From the NCBI GenBank assembly GCA_016234595.1, contig JACRBG010000016.1, positions 36,608-100,607 of the forward strand: a stretch of 64,000 nt of DNA. The letters run 5' to 3'. Origin of the DNA: Chloroflexota bacterium. GTDB taxonomy: Bacteria > Chloroflexota > Anaerolineae > Aggregatilineales > J027. Positions 48,033 through 57,071 of the stretch are shown here, piece after piece. The notes under the pieces are model-generated. The model ran no database searches, was not told where the DNA came from, and saw only the letters and a program-made list of their open reading frames with translations. Every line of letters begins with the position of its first letter. The stretch's first letter is position 1. The translations under genes and the position numbers were made by a program.

Positions 48033-49010
48033 ATGCCCCAGATGACTTATCGTGAAGCCGTGTGTAAAGCACTGGCTGACGAAATGCGTACAGATGAACA
48101 AGTGATTTTTTTCGGCGAAGATGTGGCTGTAGCGGGCGGTGTTTTTAAAGTCACCCCCGGCCTCTATGAAGAATTTGGCTCCAACCGGGTGCGCGATACC
48201 CCCATCTCCGAACAAGCTATTGTAGGGGCGGCTCTTGGGGCGGCGATTACCGGTCTGCGTCCAGTGGCTGAACTCATGTTTGCCGACTTTGTCTTTGTCT
48301 GCATGGATCAAATCGTCAACCAAGTCGCCAAATATCGTTATATGAGTGGGGGACAATTTACAGTACCATTGACCATTCGGGCGGCCCAAGGCGCTGGGGC
48401 GGGTTTTGGCACGCAGCACTCGCAGTGCGTCGAATCCTTTTTGATGGGTTGCCCCGGCCTAAAATTAGTCGTACCCAGCACCCCTGCCGATATGTATGGG
48501 TTGTTGCGTGGCGCCATCCGTGAAGATAATCCGGTTTTTGTGTTGGAACACAAGCTCCTCTATAACATGACAGGCGATGTACCAGACGATACTGGCCCGA
48601 TGAAATTGGGTGAGGCGCATGTGGTACGTGAGGGCAACGATGTCACTATTGTCTCTACCCAATTAATGGTCCATCGTTCGCTCGAAGCCGCCACGGAACT
48701 AGAAAAAGAGGGGATCTCAGTCGAAGTAATTGACCTACGCTCCTTAGCTCCCCTCGATAAAGACACAATTTTAGATTCGGTGGCAAAAACCAATCGCCTT
48801 GTGATTGTTGAAGAAGCACCTCATTCGGCTGGTTGGGGTGGTGATATTGTGTCACTGGTCGCCGATGAAGGCATCTACTGGCTGGACGCTCCCATTAAAC
48901 GGGTCAATATGGGACAGGCCTTGGTCGCCTATAGCCCGCCGCTAGAAGATACGGTTGTACCCAATGTGGGTCGCATTGCCGAGGCGGTTCGCAATGTAGC
49001 GCAACGATAG
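48033..49010 (+). CDS. TPP-dependent dehydrogenase E1 beta
   Basis: GEDV, DTPISEQ, ELMFADF, QHSQ, EHK, IDLRSL.PLD. Confidence 0.92.
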   Translation: MPQMTYREAVCKALADEMRTDEQVIFFGEDVAVAGGVFKVTPGLYEEFGSNRVRDTPISEQAIVGAALGAAITGLRPVAELMFADFVFVCMDQIVNQVAKYRYMSGGQFTVPLTIRAAQGAGAGFGTQHSQCVESFLMGCPGLKLVVPSTPADMYGLLRGAIREDNPVFVLEHKLLYNMTGDVPDDTGPMKLGEAHVVREGNDVTIVSTQLMVHRSLEAATELEKEGISVEVIDLRSLAPLDKDTILDSVAKTNRLVIVEEAPHSAGWGGDIVSLVADEGIYWLDAPIKRVNMGQALVAYSPPLEDTVVPNVGRIAEAVRNVAQR

Positions 49011-49078
49011 CGGTGTAACTTTTTTGCTGGTTTTGCATCCAAAAGGCATCTCATCCTATTGATTCAGGAGTGTGCCTG

Positions 49079-49519
49079 ATGATTTCATTTCTGCAAAACC
49101 ACCCCCTACTCACGATATTTTTAGGGCTGGGTATGATCCTAATGGCAGCAATCCACGTCATGTGGTATATCCGGCCTAGCGAAGTTAAAACCCAGAGTGA
49201 GTTGAATATCCTTGTTACCAATGGTCAACACCCGACCATTGTCGAATATTACAATAATTTGTGTACCGTCTGTACCATGATGAAGCCAGTTGTAGATGGT
49301 CTAGAAAAAGACCTACAAGGCGAAGCAACCGTCTTGCGGATTGATTTTTTGAGTGAGGTCGGGAGAAGCACAGCACGACAATTTGGCGTCAAAATCATCC
49401 CTACTATCTTGGTTTTTGACCCAAATGGGCAGATTATTTTCCGTCAAACCGGGCCTTTTGACACCGAAATGATTAAATCAAAAGTATATGGGCTACGTCC
49501 AGAATTAACGCCAGATTAG
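49079..49519 (+). CDS. Membrane-anchored thioredoxin-fold protein
   Basis: N-terminal TM helix, CTVC (CxxC) and cis-Pro IPT. Start ATG 49079, after CAGGAG. Confidence 0.8.
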   Translation: MISFLQNHPLLTIFLGLGMILMAAIHVMWYIRPSEVKTQSELNILVTNGQHPTIVEYYNNLCTVCTMMKPVVDGLEKDLQGEATVLRIDFLSEVGRSTARQFGVKIIPTILVFDPNGQIIFRQTGPFDTEMIKSKVYGLRPELTPD

Positions 49520-49529
49520 AGCAGGTGAT

Positions 49530-50084
49530 TTATGCGTCCTTGGGGGTTGCCTTTAGGGTTTTGCGATCTTCCCACCACAGGATTGCTACTAAAACCACTA
49601 CCCCGACCACAATCATGCTGTCAGCGATATTGAAGATGGGATAGCCGTGTACATAGAAAAAGTCTACCACATAACCCCGTGTGATACGGTCTAGGGCATT
49701 CCCCAACGCCCCGCCCATTTGCAACCCCAATGTGATACGCACTAACCATGACCCCGACGGCAATTTGCGATAATAAAACACAATCGCGCCGACTACAATA
49801 ACCGCAATCAGCAAAAAAATATTGCTAAAAGCCTGTGCCATGCCAAAGGCGGCTCCAGTGTTGCGGGTATAGGTGATGTCAAAGATGTTTTTGAGCGCAG
49901 GAATCGGAACCCATGTTTCCCCATAGTCCAGCGATTGTACGACGATCCATTTGGTCAACTGGTCAACCAAAATCGTTAATGTAGCGATCCCAAACAGCAA
50001 TATCCATTGGGCTGGGGTAGTCGTTGGTGTGCTAATTTTTTCTGGATTGGGTGAGGGTGATTCATTTTGCAAAGAGGTTTCCAA
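49530..50084 (-). CDS. lspA: Lipoprotein signal peptidase II
   Basis: DQLTK, NTGAAFG, GGALGNALDR, VVDF, FNIAD; directly downstream of ileS. Start uncertain (TTG 50084 used; the ORF extends to 50132). Confidence 0.93.
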   Translation of the reverse strand: METSLQNESPSPNPEKISTPTTTPAQWILLFGIATLTILVDQLTKWIVVQSLDYGETWVPIPALKNIFDITYTRNTGAAFGMAQAFSNIFLLIAVIVVGAIVFYYRKLPSGSWLVRITLGLQMGGALGNALDRITRGYVVDFFYVHGYPIFNIADSMIVVGVVVLVAILWWEDRKTLKATPKDA

Positions 50085-50148
50085 TTTCACTGCTCCATAA
50101 ATAGCAAACAAGTAGGGGTGATTATACACCACCCCTACCCGGAAAAAT

Positions 50149-53100
50149 CTATAGGCGACGTAGATTGACAGTTACTTTTGCCCCGTCTACATCTAAGCTT
50201 TGGGTGTGCCCTCCATTGCTAGGAGCACCTGAATGCCATTCCTCCGCCAATGTCTCGGTACGGATGTAGTCCTCAAATTGGCGCATGACCTCACCGAGGC
50301 CTCCTTCGGCCTGATACGTCACCGCGATACGGTCGCTGAGATCGAAATCAGCATCTTTCCGCAACGTCTGGATAAATCGCACGATTTCGCGGGCCTGCCC
50401 TTCGCGGATGAGTTCATCAGTTAACTCAGTGCGTAACGCCGCCAAGTGACCATGCTCTTCCGCCACCGCAAACCCTTCGGCGCTGGTTTGTTTAACAATC
50501 ACCTGTTGTGGCGTCAGGGCAAAAATCTTGCCATTGGCCTCAACTGAAATTGTTTCACCTGCCAACAGGGTGCGACTCCAGTTGACCAATTGCTCACCGC
50601 TGGCATTCACCAGTAGATTACGCACGGCTTGGAAGTCGCCACGCAGTTCCTTCCCCAGTGTGTCAATCGGTTTCAAAGCATAGTTGACCATGCCCACGCT
50701 TTCAGCCGGATTCAAAATATGCACCGCTTTGACATTCAACTCATCAGCGATGAGGTCAGCCATATCCAACAGGGTATCCGCCTCTTCATGCGACGGTACG
50801 GCGAAATTGACTTCTGCCAGTGGCTGGCGCACCCGCAGTTCCGCATTATTACGGGCGGCGTGGCCCAAGCTAACCATGCGCTTGACCAATGCCATCTTAT
50901 AGTTCAGATCACCATTGATGGCGCTCTTGTTCGCTTCCGGCCATGTCGTCAAATGCACACTTTCCGGCGCAGCGGCATCGTGCCCAACAACCAAATTACG
51001 ATACATCGCCTCTGCCAAAAAGGGCATCGAAGGGGCCAGCAGTTTGGCAATCGTCACCAAACATTCATAGAGTGTCTGATAGGCCGCCAATTTATCTTGC
51101 GGGTTATCATCCTGCCAGAAGCGGCGACGTGAACGGCGCAGATACCAATTACTCAGGTCTTCGACAAATTCTTCAATGGGTCGGGTTGCCCCGGTCACAT
51201 CGAACGTCTCAAACGCCTGTGTGGTATGTTCGACCAGCGAATTCAGTTCGCTTAAGGCCCACTGATCCAACATTTCACGCTTTTGCAGCGGCACTTGTGG
51301 TGCGGATGGGTCAAAGTTATCCAAATTGGCATAGGTCACGAAGAAGCTATACACATTCCATAGCTTCAGATAGAAATTCCGCAAGATTTCCGCGATAGGT
51401 GGGATCTCATCTTGAGTATCGGGGTTACGCCATCCCATATACTTCGTGTCCCCCGGCTGGCTGGCAGTAAACATAAACCAGCGCATCGCGTCTGCCCCAT
51501 ACTTATTGATGACATCCCACGGCGCAACGATATTGCCCTTACTCTTGGACATCTTGCTGCCGTCATCGGCCATGATGAGACCGAGGCAGATCACGTTTTT
51601 ATAGGCCACCGAGTCAAAAACCATCGTAGCGATGGCGTGTAGGCTGTAGAACCACCCACGGGTTTGGTCAACCGCCTCGCAGATGTAGTCCGCTGGAAAT
51701 TGATCTTCAAACATCTCATGGTTATGCTGCGGATAACCCCATTGTGCGACGGGCATCGAACCGCTGTCGAACCACACGTCAATCACTTCAGGCACACGGC
51801 GCATGGTCACGGTTTTGCCGTTGACCGTCTCTTGCCATGTGATGTCATCCACATAAGGCCGATGTGGGTCAACGCCTGTCACATCGCGCCCTACCTTTTG
51901 GCTGAGTTCGGCCAGACTGCCCACACACACTGCATAATCCACCTCGGGGTCGTCCGCCATCCACACGGGCAAGGGTGTTCCCCAATAGCGTTCACGCCCC
52001 AACGCCCAATCTTTGACATCTTCGAGCCAGTTGCCAAAACGTCCTTCTTTGACGTGCTCTGGCACCCAATTGATGGTTTTGTTCAACCCCACCAACTGGT
52101 CACGATAGGCTGTCGTGCGGATGTACCACGTGGAGCGGGCGTAATACATCAATGGTCCCTTGTCGCGCCAGCAGTGCGGATAATTGTGGCGGAAGGTGGT
52201 CAGGTGGAAACGCAAGCCTCGATCTTTCAGATCACGTGCCACAACCTTATCAGCGTCTTTAAACCACATCCCTGCCACTAGCGTCACTTCCTCTTTGAAG
52301 CGACCATCAGCATTCACAGTAACCAGCACAGGCAAGTTATATTTGTTGGCCGTGACAAGGTCATCGGCCCCAAATGCTGGCGCAGTATGAACAATACCTG
52401 ACCCGTCTTCCACCGTCACATAATCACCTGCCGTGATGTAATAGGCGTCACGGTCAACGGACAGATAGGTATACAGCGGCTCATAATGTTTGCCAAGCAG
52501 ATCACGGCCTTTCATTTCTGCCAATACCTCATAACCACCACCATCTTTGACCTGTGGCAGCACAATCGCTTCAAAGCGGGCACGCGCCACATACAGCCGT
52601 TCGACGGGCGATTCAGCGTCCACCCGACCCTCGATGAGCAGATAGTCAATCTTTTCGCCAACAGTCAGCGCTACATTACCCGGCAGTGTCCAAGGCGTGG
52701 TCGTCCATGCGAGGAAATAGGTATTTTCTTCGCCAACTACCTTAAACCGAACATAGATACTGGGATCGTCTACTTCAGCGTACCCCAATGAAACTTCATG
52801 GCTAGATAGGGGCGTGCCGCAGCGTGGGCAATAGGGCACAACCTTATAGCCCTGATAGATCAGATTTTTGTCCCAAAGCTGTTTGAGGAGCCACCAAACA
52901 CTTTGGACGTATTCAGGTTTATAAGTTTCATAGGCTGTGTCCAAATCCACCCAAAAGGCGATACGCTCCGTCAGCCTATTCCAATCGGCGATATAACGCT
53001 GAACACTTTCGCGGCATTTTTGATTAAACGCGGCGATGCCATATTCTTCGATCTCACTCTTGTGCTTGATGCCGAGTTCTTTTTCGACCTCAATTTCGAC

Positions 53101-53382
53101 TGGCAGACCGTGCGTGTCCCACCCGGCTTTGCGGATGATATGATGACCTGTCATGGTTTTGTAGCGTGGAAAGATATCTTTAAATGAGCGAGACAGCACA
53201 TGGTGGCTACCGGGCCGACCATTAGCCGTAGGCGGGCCTTCATAAAACACAAACTTTGGGCCACCTTCGCGCTCACTCATAGCGCGATGAAAGACATCTT
53301 TCTCACGCCAAAATTCAAGGACATCCAATTCCAATTCATTGATGTCCAGTTTTGGCGAAACAGGGGTAAACCGTTTAGTCAT
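50149..53382 (-). CDS. ileS: Isoleucyl-tRNA synthetase, type 2 (IleRS2) with GxHH signature
   Basis: 1077 aa; GPPTANG.PGSHH, GWDTHGLP, WTTTPWT, R.RYWGTP, DQTRGWF, KMSKSKGN; no C-terminal Zn finger; EG.AREIVR.IQ..RK tail of type 2. Confidence 0.96.
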   Translation of the reverse strand: MTKRFTPVSPKLDINELELDVLEFWREKDVFHRAMSEREGGPKFVFYEGPPTANGRPGSHHVLSRSFKDIFPRYKTMTGHHIIRKAGWDTHGLPVEIEVEKELGIKHKSEIEEYGIAAFNQKCRESVQRYIADWNRLTERIAFWVDLDTAYETYKPEYVQSVWWLLKQLWDKNLIYQGYKVVPYCPRCGTPLSSHEVSLGYAEVDDPSIYVRFKVVGEENTYFLAWTTTPWTLPGNVALTVGEKIDYLLIEGRVDAESPVERLYVARARFEAIVLPQVKDGGGYEVLAEMKGRDLLGKHYEPLYTYLSVDRDAYYITAGDYVTVEDGSGIVHTAPAFGADDLVTANKYNLPVLVTVNADGRFKEEVTLVAGMWFKDADKVVARDLKDRGLRFHLTTFRHNYPHCWRDKGPLMYYARSTWYIRTTAYRDQLVGLNKTINWVPEHVKEGRFGNWLEDVKDWALGRERYWGTPLPVWMADDPEVDYAVCVGSLAELSQKVGRDVTGVDPHRPYVDDITWQETVNGKTVTMRRVPEVIDVWFDSGSMPVAQWGYPQHNHEMFEDQFPADYICEAVDQTRGWFYSLHAIATMVFDSVAYKNVICLGLIMADDGSKMSKSKGNIVAPWDVINKYGADAMRWFMFTASQPGDTKYMGWRNPDTQDEIPPIAEILRNFYLKLWNVYSFFVTYANLDNFDPSAPQVPLQKREMLDQWALSELNSLVEHTTQAFETFDVTGATRPIEEFVEDLSNWYLRRSRRRFWQDDNPQDKLAAYQTLYECLVTIAKLLAPSMPFLAEAMYRNLVVGHDAAAPESVHLTTWPEANKSAINGDLNYKMALVKRMVSLGHAARNNAELRVRQPLAEVNFAVPSHEEADTLLDMADLIADELNVKAVHILNPAESVGMVNYALKPIDTLGKELRGDFQAVRNLLVNASGEQLVNWSRTLLAGETISVEANGKIFALTPQQVIVKQTSAEGFAVAEEHGHLAALRTELTDELIREGQAREIVRFIQTLRKDADFDLSDRIAVTYQAEGGLGEVMRQFEDYIRTETLAEEWHSGAPSNGGHTQSLDVDGAKVTVNLRRL

Positions 53383-53568
53383 GGTACTACTCTACTCTCT
53401 CCTAGAAGGTGTCTAATACAAGTCGTTGATTGATAAGCTGCTGTGCCATATCGGGTCTATCCACATCCCAATCCCAATACCCCGCAACGCAGCCGTCTTT
53501 CCAACGGCGGCATCACGGTGACACCTTCCTCTCTCATTTCTATCGGGAGTCATATTGCTCATATAAGG

Positions 53569-54126
53569 CTAACGCTCACTAAATAGGTAAATACGAAACT
53601 TCGTTTGATACTCGCCGCTATAACCATCAAAAATCTCAACGCGCCATGTATAACTGGACGCCACTTGTTTGACCCGCTTAGTACAAGTCGCCACCCGTGA
53701 AAAGCTTGCCCCTATCGTGCCCTCTGCTGTCGGCGTCGGTTCAATTCCAGGGGTTGCCGTTGTAGTAGCATCGGCAGCACAGGCGTAGGGCGAGTAAGTA
53801 CACTCTACGTCATCTTCTTTATCAAAAAACAAGGCCACTTCACAGCCCGTCTGTTTCGAGCTATAAAGCCATTGGGTATCCGCATAATTCGGATCCTCAT
53901 CTTTCTCGTCCAAATGTGCCCCCGATGGAACCGGAATATCGGGTTTTTCAGGCGAGACCAAGTTCAAAAGCGGTTTGGCGATTAACGAAATAATGATTCC
54001 CGCCAAAACAACAGCTAAGGCCATTGCCGCTAAGGCCACCCACATAGGGATAACAATACGCGGCTTATGCGTTTTGACTTCAGTTGGCGCGGTGGAGTCA
54101 TCTTGAACCAAATCCGGTTCTTGCAT
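53569..54126 (-). CDS. Hypothetical single-TM protein with a small Cys-containing external domain
   Basis: Acidic N-tail, TM MWVALAAMALAVVLAGIIISLIA, four Cys in the C-domain. Start ATG 54126. Confidence 0.7.
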   Translation of the reverse strand: MQEPDLVQDDSTAPTEVKTHKPRIVIPMWVALAAMALAVVLAGIIISLIAKPLLNLVSPEKPDIPVPSGAHLDEKDEDPNYADTQWLYSSKQTGCEVALFFDKEDDVECTYSPYACAADATTTATPGIEPTPTAEGTIGASFSRVATCTKRVKQVASSYTWRVEIFDGYSGEYQTKFRIYLFSER

Positions 54127-54131
54127 GGTGA

Positions 54132-54731
54132 TTACTCTTTCCACACTCGTTCAAGCGTGACGTTCACAACACCTGTGCGCTCTCCCACTTCATCAAATGC
54201 TGGCTCAACGGTAAGGCGCACATACTGGGTAATACCAAAGAGCTCATGCGAATGGTCAAGTAAACAAGTGGTGCGGACATAGTTTTTCGACTCTATCGTC
54301 TGATCCGACTGTTCTTGGCCTTCTTCAGGTTTACTAAATAGACGATTACAGTCATCCATCTGTTTCTTATAATGATTTTCAAGTTCCGCCAGATCAACTG
54401 TGCCCGACCAAATTTGCAAATCGTGTCCCTTGTCTATTTTTTCGTAGGAAGCCTGCAATAAACCCGGAAAGGCCTTGATTTCCAACGGCTCATCCCGGCT
54501 GGAACTCGCTTGAAAATACGCCCCACCAATCAAAATAGCGACAACCCCTGCGATTAAAATCACGGCTAAAAGCAACCGTATGAACCAACTGTCCAATAAT
54601 CCCGGCCCATCCGGTTGAGGGCGGCGGGCTAAAGCTGGTGGCTCGTTTTCATAATCTTGTTCTGGATAATCTTGCTGTTGCGCGGACTCGTCATCATAAT
54701 AGTCCTGCTCATATTCTGGTTGTTCACTCAT
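54132..54731 (-). CDS. Hypothetical single-TM protein with an acidic Tyr-rich N-tail
   Basis: EQDYYDDE..QDYPEQDYE tail, TM LLLAVILIAGVVAILIGGAYF, Cys pair; ATGA overlap with the upstream gene. Confidence 0.72.
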   Translation of the reverse strand: MSEQPEYEQDYYDDESAQQQDYPEQDYENEPPALARRPQPDGPGLLDSWFIRLLLAVILIAGVVAILIGGAYFQASSSRDEPLEIKAFPGLLQASYEKIDKGHDLQIWSGTVDLAELENHYKKQMDDCNRLFSKPEEGQEQSDQTIESKNYVRTTCLLDHSHELFGITQYVRLTVEPAFDEVGERTGVVNVTLERVWKE

Positions 54732-55555
54732 TGCCCGCTGTTCTCCTCTTTTAATATGGCCTCAATGCGTGCAACATCGGCTGTTAATCGCTGCCCAAAA
54801 TCAGTGGCCGCATGGCGTTTGGCTTCCCCTTGCCAATAGACTAATCCTCCGACCATATTGTGCATAACTCGTTTGGCAAGCTGCACCTCGGCCTCGTGAT
54901 TTGATTGATCGGCCAAGCGATAGAGTAAGTAGTTCACCATCAGCGCCCGATAACTTTCCACATTGAGAACTCGTCCGGTTTGATATGCCACCTCTATAAT
55001 ACGACTTTGGTCAGCGCCTGCATAATAGAGGGCCAGTGCCAAATCAGCCCGAATAACTTTGCGTGCACCAAGGCTCAGGGCTTGTTCAATCAATTGAGCG
55101 GCTTCGTGATAATACCCTTGTGCCAAGCGTGTTCGCCCCAAACCATAGACCGGAAAATCTTTCCCCGGAAATTGTTCCACTGCCTGCTGCAACAGGGCCG
55201 CACTCTCATCCAATCGTCCCAATTGCCGATAAGTGTTGCCTAAAACCGTTAGGGCTTTTATATCTAGCGAACTTCCACTAGCCCGACTTTGCTCAAGCTG
55301 ACTTTCCAATAATTGGACGGCTTCGATATATCGCCCATCCACAAACGCCTGTTGCGCCTTGAGCAATGAGGTTTGGCGACCTCCGCCCTTGAGTAGAATT
55401 CCCACTTGAAGCAGTGCCAGCACCCCGGCAAAACCCACTACCAGCGGGACTCGATCACCTGATTTGGCTTGACCTAACACCACCAATAAAACAATCGCCA
55501 TAACGATAGATAATCCAAAGGCCAAACGCAGGCGAGGATCACGCCAAAGAATCAT
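54728..55555 (-). CDS. Membrane protein with TPR repeats
   Basis: Two N-terminal TM helices, then TPRs (LGNTYRQLGRLDESA, YGLGRTRLAQGYYHEAA); ATGA coupling on both sides. Confidence 0.8.
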   Translation of the reverse strand: MILWRDPRLRLAFGLSIVMAIVLLVVLGQAKSGDRVPLVVGFAGVLALLQVGILLKGGGRQTSLLKAQQAFVDGRYIEAVQLLESQLEQSRASGSSLDIKALTVLGNTYRQLGRLDESAALLQQAVEQFPGKDFPVYGLGRTRLAQGYYHEAAQLIEQALSLGARKVIRADLALALYYAGADQSRIIEVAYQTGRVLNVESYRALMVNYLLYRLADQSNHEAEVQLAKRVMHNMVGGLVYWQGEAKRHAATDFGQRLTADVARIEAILKEENSGQ

Positions 55556-56559
55556 TCAGCCTCATCTCCAAAGAGTTCGGCAGCACTCGCTTCCGAAGTT
55601 TCATAAGACTGCTTTGCCAATTGGACATCGGTTTCCAACACTTTGCGAAGCACCCCGGATTGCTCGTTGGCAAAAATAGTCTCCCATTCTTTAAGGCCTT
55701 TGACTTCTCGTTTAATCTTCGCCAATGCCCGGTCAGCCTCATCCGCTTGACCCAGCCGATGATAGGCCCGTGCCAGCCAAACATAGGTCAACAAACGATG
55801 ACGGCTGTCGGGCAGGCCGCGTTGCAAAACAACACTCAGGTGTTCAATCACCTTTTCGCTTTCACCCAGCCGATCCTCAATCATGCCCAAGTTATAGGGG
55901 GCAACCCAATAGGTCGGTTCGCGTTGAAAGGCCTGTTCACCATAGGGTTTGGCTTTTTCATATTGGCCTTGTTGCAAATACACTTCAGCCAAGCCGTTAT
56001 AGCCAACGGGTGATTCAGGGGCAAGGTTCACAACTTCCTCATAATCGCGGATGGCTGGCCCCATGCGTCCTGCCAAGCGATTAAGTTCGGCGCGAAACCG
56101 ATAATGCTCGGAGTTTTTCTGGTCGGTTTTGATAAGGTCGGTAATAACATTGATGGCCTCAGGATAATCTTGCTTACGCATCGCTTTAATGGCTGTCCGA
56201 TATTCCAACCGCACCCGATCTCGAAACAGTAATTGCGCAGCCAATAGCCATCCAAATGCTAAACCCAATATCACCGTAAAGGCCGACTTGGGTAGCAGCA
56301 GGCTAAGCGCTACCAAACCAATCGCGGGGCCTAGCGTCAACAACAAACGTATCTGGGCTGGGCGTGGTAGCTTAGTCCCAACAATTGCGCCTGTGCCACC
56401 CAAAAAAGTGAGCATCATCAATGTTTGGACGGGCACTGACCAATCTTGGTCACTTGCCAACGCCAAACTAATTAGGCTACCCAAACCCGTCAGGATGAGC
56501 AGACCCATGAAAGTTCGTGCCCGCACCGGGCCCAACCATGTAAAAAACTGCCGAACCAT
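55552..56559 (-). CDS. Membrane protein (4 TM) with TPR repeats
   Basis: Four hydrophobic segments, then TPRs (YNGLAEVYLQQGQYEKA, YNLGMIE). Start moved to ATG 56559 to remove the overlap with the GNAT gene. Confidence 0.8.
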   Translation of the reverse strand: MVRQFFTWLGPVRARTFMGLLILTGLGSLISLALASDQDWSVPVQTLMMLTFLGGTGAIVGTKLPRPAQIRLLLTLGPAIGLVALSLLLPKSAFTVILGLAFGWLLAAQLLFRDRVRLEYRTAIKAMRKQDYPEAINVITDLIKTDQKNSEHYRFRAELNRLAGRMGPAIRDYEEVVNLAPESPVGYNGLAEVYLQQGQYEKAKPYGEQAFQREPTYWVAPYNLGMIEDRLGESEKVIEHLSVVLQRGLPDSRHRLLTYVWLARAYHRLGQADEADRALAKIKREVKGLKEWETIFANEQSGVLRKVLETDVQLAKQSYETSEASAAELFGDEAE

Positions 56560-56573
56560 TGTTTGCTCGATTC

Positions 56574-57047
56574 CTAAAGCCGATAGCGCACGACGTGCAG
56601 ATAATCGGTTGCGCCTAATGCTCGCCAAAAAGCCTGTGCAATAGGGTGGCTTTGTGGCACCATCGCTTCAATTACTTCAATTTGATGATCTTTAAACCAC
56701 CCCCGTAACCCGTCCAGCAGTGCCGAACCCACACCACCCTGTCGAGCATGACCATCCACACACAAATCACTAATCAGTCCCATGTTTTCAGGCGTTTGAA
56801 CTGGTGGGCGTCTAACATGCCACCCCACCACAAAACCAATCAATCGTCCCTCGCGCTCCGCTACTAAAACACGGGCATCCTCGCGCCCCAACCATGTTTG
56901 CAAATCTTTTTGATAATGCGCAGGTGCATCTTCACTAATCCGAAAACGCCGATCTAACTTGGCAAGATCATTCATGTGCTCTTGCCAAATGGCCGATAAT
57001 TTCTCAACATCTGCCAAAACTGCCGGACGGACTTCCAAAAATGTCAT
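56574..57047 (-). CDS. GNAT family N-acetyltransferase
   Basis: VRPA, LVAEREGRLIGF, acetyl-CoA motif LCV...ARQGGVGSALL, AQAFWRALG. Confidence 0.88.
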   Translation of the reverse strand: MTFLEVRPAVLADVEKLSAIWQEHMNDLAKLDRRFRISEDAPAHYQKDLQTWLGREDARVLVAEREGRLIGFVVGWHVRRPPVQTPENMGLISDLCVDGHARQGGVGSALLDGLRGWFKDHQIEVIEAMVPQSHPIAQAFWRALGATDYLHVVRYRL

Positions 57048-57071
57048 AATACCCTCTACCCAGCGCCGAAA

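Noticed and set aside
49079-49519. Possible selenoprotein thioredoxin
   Set aside because: The CxxC is encoded by TGT codons in an uninterrupted frame; there is no in-frame TGA.
50233-53433. Several plus-strand ORFs up to 205 aa inside ileS
   Set aside because: Antisense overlaps of a conserved gene, with no recognisable motifs.
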